From Zygnema circumcarinatum SAG 698-1b (taxonomy: Eukaryota; Plantae; Zygnematophyceae): a DNA stretch of 7,353 bases. The notes under the pieces are model-generated. The model had not been told where the DNA came from and did not search any database. It saw nothing but the letters and a program-made list of their open reading frames with translations. Positions 1 to 6,430 of the stretch are shown in pieces (position 1 is the first letter of the stretch; the number at the start of each line of letters is the position of its first letter). The stretch lies in NCBI GenBank assembly GCA_037447605.1, contig JBBHKD010000065.1, positions 1 to 7,353 on the forward strand. Direction: 5' to 3'. The position numbers and the translations under genes were made by a program.

Positions 1-213
1 CCTTTACCGGGAAGTAGGGACGGTGTGGGTATGGACTTACGATCGCAGTCTTCTGTGACACCTGAGGGGGCATGACTCCATCCTGCGTCTTTGTCGATCG
101 ACTTCGGCAAAGATGGTGCATTTTGCACCGACCTCACGAAGCCATTTGGGGCAGCGAGATTGCAGTTGTATGTTGACAAATTATTGGAGCGACATGGTCT
201 TGGTCGAGGAAAT
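1..213 (+). pseudogene. pol: Ty3/Gypsy integrase catalytic core, N-terminal part (frameshifted)
   Basis: Across shifting frames: GVGMD(L) with first catalytic Asp at 34-36, VTPEG/GHDSIL, VFVDRL, KMVHFAPT, LYVDKLLERHGL, EEIV. This is the usual Gypsy integrase order (MDF...GxDxILVxVDRLxKMVHF...HGLPxxIVSD). Ends at the TRIM-like insertion. Confidence 0.85.
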
Positions 214-344
214 TGTAGCAACGGTATACATGGGGTGTATGACCTGAAATAGCACACATCGCGAGTTTGCCTTTTAATGGTAAAACACCCAGGTGAATGC
301 AGGGAGGTCTGTGAGTTAGAACCTGCTTGAGCGGGTTAGTTACA
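214..344 (+). repeat. 5' LTR of TRIM-like copy A
   Basis: TGTAGC...GTTACA (5/6 inverted terminal match). Shares ATACATGGGGTGTATGACCTG, TTGCCTTTTAATGGTAAAA, CAGGGAGGTCT, GAGTT(A/C)GAACCTG and GCGGGTT with 528-657. Confidence 0.8.
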
Positions 345-516
345 TTATTATCGAACTGGGGTATTTGCGATCCACCCTAAAACACCCCGTGATCTCACGA
401 GCATGAGTGCGGTTGGCGGAAGTGCGAGCGGTACATCTTGCCATGTGATGAAGGCTTGAGCGGCTTCGTGAAAACCCTTAGTGTTGTGCTTTCGAGGGCG
501 AGCCGCGGTTTGGAGT

Positions 517-527
517 GAAGGGAGGAA
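517..527 (+). other. Polypurine tract of TRIM-like copy A
   Basis: GAAGGGAGGAA immediately 5' of the TGT that starts the second repeat; equivalent to GGGGAGGAA at 4090-4098 in copy B. Confidence 0.8.
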
Positions 528-657
528 TGTAGCAGGCGGTGGCATACATGGGGTGTATGACCTGGTACTTACGTCAGTTGCCTTTTAATGGTAAAAGCAC
601 TTGGAGTGTCACAGGGAGGTCTCACGAGTTCGAACCTGGCGGGCGGGTTTATTCACA
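528..657 (+). repeat. 3' LTR of TRIM-like copy A
   Basis: Starts TGTAGC after the PPT and ends TTATTCACA; direct repeat of 214-344. Confidence 0.8.
578..640 (+). promoter_or_regulatory. tRNA-like type 2 Pol III promoter module (A-box/D-arm-like and B-box/T-loop-like) inside the LTR
   Basis: TTGCCTTTTAATGGTAAAAG can fold as a D-arm-like hairpin with an AATGGT(A) loop (578-597). It is followed by variable-loop-like GAGGTC and by GTTCGAACC (628-636), matching B-box GWTCRANNC. GG-to-B-box distance is 37 nt (nominal tRNA G19-G53: 34). No convincing acceptor or anticodon stem, so not a functional tRNA. Equivalents at 267-323 and 3827-3881. Confidence 0.6.
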
Positions 658-1555
658 GTAGTGTCGTAGTGATCCCACGATTCACGGCCATTTTGGGCGG
701 AAGTGCTCAAAATCGTTGGGACCAAGCAGGCGTTGAGTACAGCTTTCCACCCGCAAACCGATGGCCAGACGGAACGGGTGAACAGGATCCTGGAGGATTA
801 CCTCCGGCATTATGTGGGACCTACCCCGGATGGGTGGGATGAACTGCTCCCAGTGGCAGAGTACGCCATCAATAATGCTTTCGAGAGTCCATGGGAATTA
901 CCCTTTCTTCTTGAACTTTGGCGGCATCCTCTAAATCCACGCAGCGAGGATGACCCACGATCCGTGGAGACATGGGCGTCCACGAACCCCAGTCCTTGGG
1001 GCTGAGAGGGGCCCCGATGGGACTCAACCTCATGATCGAGATCTTTTGTCAGAGCTAATATGCATTTGCGGAGAACACGGCAGAAGACCTGCTAAGCGGC
1101 CCGATCGCGACAAAAAGGCCTATGTACACCTTCGCGAAGGAGATGAGGAATGTTGCGTCTGGCTGAACTTGAGACTCAAAGCTTATGGCGGAACACGTAA
1201 GCTGTGGCCCCGCTTCATCGGACCTTTTAAGGTCGTGAAGCGAATCAATGATGTCGCTTACAGGTTGGATTTACCATCCCACATGAAGGTGCATCCGGTC
1301 TTTCATGTGGGCTTGCTAAAGGTCTACCGTAGCGATGGGAGAATCCAGCCACCTCCCCCACCAGTGGAACTTGAAGGTGAACTTGAGTACGAAGTTGAAA
1401 CCATTCAAGCCCACCGTCTTGTGAGACAGGGTCGATCTTCCCGTCACGAATACCTCGTGAAGTGGTTGGGCTATGGGGTTGAACATAGCACATGGGAAGC
1501 CGAGGGCAACTTAACCAATTGCCAGGAGCTCATCAACTTTATCTTTGGGGGCTGA
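658..1555 (+). pseudogene. pol: Ty3/Gypsy (chromovirus) integrase: core C-half, GPF motif and C-terminal chromodomain
   Basis: Frameshifted DPRF(T)GHF, then VLKIVGTKQALSTAFHPQTDGQTERVNRILEDYLRHYV (catalytic Glu 772-774), WDELLPVAEYAINNA, KLWPRFIGPFKVVKRINDVAYRLDLP (GPF 1220-1228) and the chromodomain. Split over ORFs 703-1005 and 950-1555 with a garbled linker; neither ORF start is likely a real start. Confidence 0.93.
1385..1534 (+). other. Chromodomain (aromatic-cage type)
   Basis: EYEVETIQAHR...EYLVKWLGYGVEHSTWEAEGNLTNCQELI, with Tyr at 1388-1390, Trp at 1463-1465 and Tyr at 1472-1474. Confidence 0.92.
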
Positions 1556-1748
1556 GGCCCATGGGGAGAAATGGCGAGGCGTGCGGGGGAGTTCTGAGCG
1601 ATCCCAGCGCAACTCGGAAGGACTTGACGGGATTGCTCGCTGAGCCCTCCCGGGGGTTATCCGCGTAAGGGATTCGGCTGGCGTCTTGGGTTGGGAAACT
1701 CTGGTTGCCCAGCCCCTACACCCCGTGAGCGAGGCGTTCACATCCTCT

Positions 1749-1757
1749 GAGGAGTAA
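1749..1757 (+). other. Polypurine tract of the plus-strand chromovirus (eroded)
   Basis: GAGGAGTAA followed by TGT. Context CACATCCTCT-GAGGAGTAA-TGT matches CACATTCTCACT-GGGGGAGTAA-TGT in the inverted relative at 5766-5790. Confidence 0.7.
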
Positions 1758-2408
1758 TGTGGCGAGAAACCTTCTGATCACCCACGGAATTGTACTTAGA
1801 GGCGGCCTCGTCCTGGTACTCTCACCCGGCGGGCGAGTGGCCAAGCGTGGGGACCACACAGGCAGGAAGGGGTCACAGGGTCGAACACTGTGAAGGTTGC
1901 AGAGGTTCGTCGCGGCATGACTATCTTGAGACATATATGTATCGCGTCGCCCGATGTGTCGAGTCGCGAGTCCGACCACATGCTCCTTCGTTTTGGAGCG
2001 TAACCGTCGTCCGTGCAATTCTGGTTCACGGTTGAAATGCAGACGGTGGCTCGGTCGGACCCAGCGCGCGTAGGATCTGACCGTGCAGGCGTCTGGCCTT
2101 GCGCGGAATCGCGGTGGCGTTAAGTCGTTGTACACCTCGACCCGTTAAATTGTCGAGAGAGGGACCGTCTTGATCTACCATTGGGCAGCCACCTTACGTC
2201 CTCCATCTTTGGTAGGAGGAGGTTCCAGCGGGGGAGCGTAAAGGCGAGGTTGGCTGTCGTCACCCAGCGAGCGTCTTAGGCATTGATTTGCACCTGCCGA
2301 GAATTTCGCCAGCTCTCTGAAGCTTTCTCTCTCTTGCTCTCTCTCTGTTGAACTTCGGAGTCTTTGGTGTGTGATTCCTTGAGGCCCGAAGCGGTTTTAG
2401 TCGTTACA
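1758..2408 (+). repeat. Probable LTR (~650 bp) of the plus-strand chromovirus
   Basis: Starts TGTGGCGA right after the PPT. Candidate end TCGTTACA (2401-2408) is a 6/8 inverted match. Non-coding, with a CT-rich tract at 2326-2346. The right boundary is inferred because no partner LTR is in the window. Confidence 0.55.
2326..2346. repeat. Short interrupted (CT)n tract
   Basis: TCTCTCTCTTGCTCTCTCTCT inside the putative LTR. Confidence 0.7.
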
Positions 2409-2541
2409 CAAAGCGCATTGGGTCTTTGAGTCGATCTGCTTGCCGCTCACGCCTTGCCAGTTAGCAGCGGCATTACAACGGCTTGGTCGAATCCCCATCA
2501 CTTGAGGTGCAAGCGGTCGTAGAGATTACAAATGCCTTGCC

Positions 2542-3412
2542 TTGAGCTCCACATCGACCAAAAGTGATCCTCATTCGCATCCCCTGCCATTCCTCCCTGC
2601 CAATGTCAACGGCGCCAGCTCCTCTGGCACTGCTCCACCGGTTACCCCCCCTGTCAGGAGAACTTCCGTCCTCCCTCCTTCCACGGGTCATCCATTGGGA
2701 TCCACGCCTGAGGAGGAAATTGACGATCTCAATGAGGAGGAGCCGACAGCGGCGCAGCCAGAGCCGAGAGCACCAGCGACAGAAGAGATGCACGTCAACC
2801 CTCCCCATCGCCCTTGGGCAGCCCGTTTCTACCCCGGGCAGCTGACGGCGGCCACCCCCAAACCAGAACTGGCTTATCCACGATTGAGCGCATGGTTAAA
2901 TTGACTCATGGGGAAACGAGCTAAGATGGCATTACCTTGTCACGGTTAGTGCAAGCTGGTTCAGTCGCAGCCGTAGTTAGCAAGCTGGCGGCTTGATCAG
3001 GAGCCCGCCTGTGGCCTCCGGACCCACCATGGCACCTCCTCGGACATCCCCTTCGCGAGACACTTACACCACATAGCCCACGGGTGCAAAGAGACGGTTC
3101 GCTCTCAGCCATCCTCCTGCGGTCAGATCCTCCCCTCGATCCCAACACCCAGCGTCACGAATTATTGTCAATGTATGGCTAAGCGGTCATCCCGGTAAAG
3201 CCATGATAAAACCCACGGGGAAATTTATCATGCGGTTACATCCAAGCGGTAATAGAAGAGCTGCGGGGTTAAGTTGGACAAGACGCGAGCCCGTTCCCAG
3301 ATATGTGGGGGTTGAGGAGCCTACGCGAAGGATTAAGGCGTGCCAAAGATCGCTCGGCCTTGGCGAGATGGGAGCCACCGGTGAACGGTCATCCGCGGCC
3401 CGGCGACGCTGA
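2542..3412 (+). pseudogene. gag: Degenerate gag-like region
   Basis: Pro/Glu-rich low-complexity ORF 2542-2904 ending KPELAYPRLSAWL. Then, in broken frames: ASWF, KFIMRLHP (cf. Gag xFIxGLxP), EPVPRYVG (cf. EPxPME(V/I)G) and CQRSLGLGEMG (possible eroded zinc knuckle). Sits between a putative LTR and RT. The motifs are individually weak. Confidence 0.45.
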
Positions 3413-3903
3413 TATCTGTTGAGCTCGGTGGCTCATTCGCGATGGGAGCCACGAATGCGACGCCTTTCGTCTTCGGTTGCACTTATCTGCTGGCGGGGAC
3501 GGTACTCGCCCCATCATCCTCGAGTCCCTTGCCTCCGCATACCACAAACGCCCGCGCCGAGGCGCGGTCTCTACCGAGATCACCGTAGCCATGCGATTCG
3601 TGACCCCCGTTCTTCATGGATCGGCTGATTCGTCTGGAGTAAGACTCCCTACGCTCACCAGAGTCCTGCTCTCTGGTGACGAAGAACTTTTACTTGCGCC
3701 CGGTGATGTTGCCTGACTTTCCCCACGAGATCATTGGTGATGAGAATTAGGTACGGAAATAGAGGTCGGATCACGATTGGGGCCATTTGTAGCTATACAT
3801 GGGTTGTATGTAGTGCTACGTCGCGGTTGCCTTTTAATGGTAAAAGCGGTGTGTGTAGATGCGGAGTCTGATGTTCGAACCACGCGGCGGGTTTATTCTA
3901 CGG

Positions 3904-3920
3904 TGGTATGTCGAGCCAAG
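3904..3920 (+). other. Primer-binding-site-like sequence (initiator tRNA-Met type), eroded
   Basis: TGGTATGTCGAGCCAAG just after the 5' repeat resembles the canonical TGGTATCAGAGC(C) PBS. The equivalent region in copy A (345-360) is more decayed. Confidence 0.55.
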
Positions 3921-4089
3921 GGGCCCGGTATTTGCAATCCACCTAAAAACACCGTGATCTCGAGGCATGAGTGCGAGGAACGTTCCTTAGTGGCCAAAGG
4001 GGGCTAAGGTAGTCCATGTGTTGAAGGAGCTTGAAGCGGCTGCTGGTGAAAGGCTCCTTGAGGTGAGCTGAGGGCAGGCAGGTTTAGGT

Positions 4090-4098
4090 GGGGAGGAA
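4090..4098 (+). other. Polypurine tract of TRIM-like copy B
   Basis: GGGGAGGAA immediately before TGTAGC at 4099. Confidence 0.8.
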
Positions 4099-4421
4099 TG
4101 TAGCGGCAGCTTTACATGGGTTGTATGGCCTAGTCTTTACATCAGCGGTTGCGTTGTGGAGTGGGAGGTCGTGTTGAACCTGGCAGGGCGGGTTTTGTTA
4201 CGCAATGATCTCTCGGACGTCGAGCATTCACAGATGCAGCCAAAGTCTTTTAGCGTAGAAATCATCAGTTTTAGCCGCGACGTTACCGACATCGTGAGAC
4301 CCGCGATGGTGCACCACAGCCGATACGGGGATGCACCTCCGTGATGACCATGACTCCCTGCGGCTTTTCGCGGCTCGGCGGTAGATGTGACGACGGTCGA
4401 TGAAGCATTAGGCTGGCCGAC

Positions 4422-5050
4422 TTGATGGAACAGAGGAGAAGGGCTTGGGCGGCCAGTAGATTACGCTGGCCGGATGGCACACTACGCTTACGTGGAGACT
4501 ATCGGGCGGAATGCCGCGAAGTGGGATCCTATACATTCACGGGGCGTGGACTGATTCTCCGGCGTCTCCATGATGACCGGTGGTTCTCGGCGCCCGGCAT
4601 GCGAAATCCTTGGCAGTCCCCTGCGACGGTACGTCGGTTGCAAGGCCGGGGGCCGCTTGCGACCCGCAGCGCTTCGTGCGGTGGGCGGTGCTTCCCTTTA
4701 GTTTCAGAATTCGGCCAGACTCACCAGCGCACGGCTGACCAGGTGTTCGGCCCCTGTCGTGCCTTCTGCGAACCTTACGTGGATGATGCTTCGATCCACA
4801 GCAAGGACTGGTCCTCCCACCTGCAACACATTGACCAAGTCCTGCAACAGCTCATCAGTGCGCGTCTGAAGATTGCACCCAAGAAGTGCAAATGGGGCCA
4901 CCAGGAGATCACTCATCTCGGGCACCGCCTCGGCATCAATGGCCTGAAACCATCACTCGATAAGATTGAAGCGATTGCCCTTATGCCGATTCCACAGACC
5001 CTCACTCAGCTCAAGTCTTTCTTGGGACTCACCTCCTTATCGCGGTTCGT
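4422..5050 (+). pseudogene. pol: Ty3/Gypsy reverse transcriptase, degenerate
   Basis: AWAAS...PDGTLRLRGDYRA (cf. SPWAAP...DGxLRLCVDYRxL), WFSAPGMRNPWQSP (cf. FSxLDxRSGYWQxP; first catalytic Asp reads Gly), YVDD at 4776-4787, HLQHIDQVLQQL, KKCKWG..EITHLGH, DKIEAI..MPIPQTLTQLKSFLGL. The MPFG..N.PAT.QR motif is scattered over three frames at ~4691-4735. Confidence 0.92.
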
Positions 5051-5219
5051 GGGGTTATGCCTCATACGTAGCGTCCAGGTGTCCCTTGGCCCGAAATCTC
5101 GCCCTTTGGTAGATGCGTATGAATACTCCGAGTTGTGAGCTTGAGTGGGGCTTGACGGGATGGGCGTGCAACCCGATGCGGTATGTGTTGGTTGGGTGAC
5201 GGCGGTCCCCTCGCCCCTT

Positions 5220-5420
5220 CGCTTCCCGTTGAACCTCTACCAGCATGGAGGATTGGAAGCGGTTTGTCCGTATAGCGGTACCCACGTGTCCTCTCGACCG
5301 AATGGGTGGGAGGGTGTACAACGTCTGATGCTCACCGCATTCGCTGGCCTTGGCGGCGCGGCAGCCGTCTGTCGATTACGCGTGGGGATCTACTGCAGCG
5401 GCGGGAGTCGGCCCGGCGGT
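5220..5420 (+). pseudogene. Possible RNase H remnant
   Basis: Follows RT at the expected place. LYQHGGLEAV echoes LxTDASxxGLGAVL, and SSR...YNV...LTA echoes YxSRxL...YxxxELExLA. Needs assumed indels; weak. Confidence 0.3.
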
Positions 5421-5768
5421 CGTCGTGCCAGCGGGTAACGTTATTATGCTGACGAGCGGAAGAAAGTCAAGGGGATCCGGGCGGCGAGATCAACTCGGGC
5501 CGAGGTTGGTCGCGTGGTCTTGGTCAGCCCGTGATCCTCCTGCAGCTGAGGGAGAGGGGCCTTAGCGCGTGGCGTGGGGCCCATAGAGATTATGTGGTGA
5601 CCTTTGGTGGAGCGGTCTTACGGTTGAACTGGGACCTCAGAGTAGATCACATAGAATTTATCAGATGCTGCCCTACTTGGGTGGAATGCTTTGCATTGGA
5701 TGGAAACATAGAGCGGCGCCGGGCTCTAATGACCCTTCCCCTTGGGGTATTTGTAGCGTTTATTTACA

Positions 5769-5778
5769 TTACTCCCCC
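5769..5778 (-). other. Polypurine tract of the minus-strand chromovirus copy
   Basis: Minus strand reads GGGGGAGTAA followed by TGT; the LTR would start at 5768 and run leftward. Confidence 0.75.
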
Positions 5779-5982
5779 AGTGAGAATGTGAGCGCCCTGG
5801 ATTCCGCGTGTGTGTGGAGTAGTAAAGCCATTTCGTAGTTTCAGCGACGCAGCGGCGTCGAGCTCACGTGATAGCGGGGCTTCGGCGATAATCCCGGTCA
5901 AAGTCCCGCTCCAGTTAGCGGGGGCGGCGGGAACCCTTCCGTCGCAGCCCTCGCCCGCTCTCTGTGACACCAGCCTCAGTAC
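5779..5982 (-). repeat. 3' UTR of the minus-strand chromovirus copy, homologous to ~1540-1748
   Basis: GGACTTTGACCGGGATTATCGCCGAAGCCC (minus) vs GGACTTGACGGGATTGCTCGCTGAGCCC (plus, ~1620-1648), and shared CACAT(T/C)CTC before the PPT. Confidence 0.6.
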
Positions 5983-6430
5983 AAGTTGATGAGCTCACGG
6001 CGGTGGTTAAGTTGCCCTCTGACACCACGTAATGCTTATGTTCAACCCCGTAGCCCAACCACTTCACGAAGGTATTACGTGGCGGGAAGGCGACCACTCC
6101 CTTGTCTGGGTGGGCTTGAATGGTTTCAACCTCATATTCGAGTTCACCTTCAAGTTCCACTGGGGTGGGAGGTGGTTGGATCTTCCCATCGCGGCGGTAT
6201 GGCCTCAACAAACTCACATGAAAGACCGGATGCACCTTCATGTGGGATGGTAGAAATCAACACGTAAGCGGCATCATTGATTAAACTACGACCTTAAAGG
6301 TCTATGAAAGCGAGGGGCGACTACGTGTTCAGCCATAAGCTTTGAGTCTCGGATTACGTACTTAGCAACACCTCGCCAAGCCTTCGTTGAAGGTAGGTTA
6401 GATCACCGATTGACGGTTAGCATATAGGCC
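5983..6430 (-). pseudogene. pol: Second chromovirus integrase C-terminus plus chromodomain, inverted
   Basis: MKVHPVFHVSLLRPYRRDGKIQPPPTPVELEGELEYEVETIQAH...FVKWLGYGVEH...EGNLT. 38-bp exact match of 6215-6252 (reverse complement) to 1272-1309; GAGACTCAAAGCTTATGGC is shared. Frameshifted AYANR..D.TFNEG..VLLST.N.RLK extends homology to ~6430. Confidence 0.92.

Larger units (their letters stand above)
214..657 (+). mobile_element. TRIM-like non-autonomous miniature LTR element, copy A (~444 bp)
   Basis: Two ~130-bp direct repeats (214-344, 528-657), both starting TGTAGC and ending in CA (GTTACA; TTCACA). Purine tract GAAGGGAGGAA (517-527) abuts the second repeat. The ~183-bp interior is non-coding. 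Integrase sequence is interrupted at 213 and resumes at ~658. A homologous copy lies at 3788-4202. No perfect TSD (GAAAT vs GTAGT). Confidence 0.85.
3788..4202 (+). mobile_element. TRIM-like non-autonomous miniature LTR element, copy B (~415 bp)
   Basis: Direct repeats 3788-~3902 and 4099-~4202, both starting TGTAGC. PBS-like TGGTATGTCGAGCCAAG at 3904-3920 and PPT GGGGAGGAA at 4090-4098. Interior homologous to copy A (GGTATTTGC(G/A)ATCCACC, CGTGATCTC, GCATGAGTGCG, CCATGTG(A/T)TGAAGG, GCGGCT, GTGAAA). Flanks CATT/CAAT could be an eroded TSD. Right end uncertain by a few nt. Confidence 0.85.

Noticed and set aside
348-545. 65-aa minus-strand ORF and 84-aa ORF 588-842
   Set aside because: They overlap the non-coding TRIM or are alternate frames of integrase; no recognisable protein motifs.
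570-650. Functional tRNA gene
   Set aside because: Only D-arm-like and T-loop-like parts are present; no consistent acceptor stem, anticodon arm or CCA context, and it lies inside a repeat.
214-657. CRISPR array or simple tandem repeat (318-bp period)
   Set aside because: Only two repeats per locus, ~130 bp long, with TG...CA ends and PBS/PPT polarity, which fits LTR structure.
3570-3640. Aspartic protease D(S/T)G motif at the expected position
   Set aside because: A VLxDSG reading needs two assumed indels; the position fits but the sequence does not support a call.
5151-5161. Short exact matches: CTTGACGGGAT (1623-1633 vs 5151-5161) and GTACACCTCG near 2130 vs its inverse near 7295
   Set aside because: They do not extend on either side; 10-11 bp matches are expected by chance in a window of this size.
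1245-6267. Antisense and alternate-frame ORFs (1245-1493, 1716-2135, 2473-2808, 4704-4925, 5986-6267 and similar)
   Set aside because: Shadow frames of retroelement sequence in GC-rich DNA; no independent motifs.
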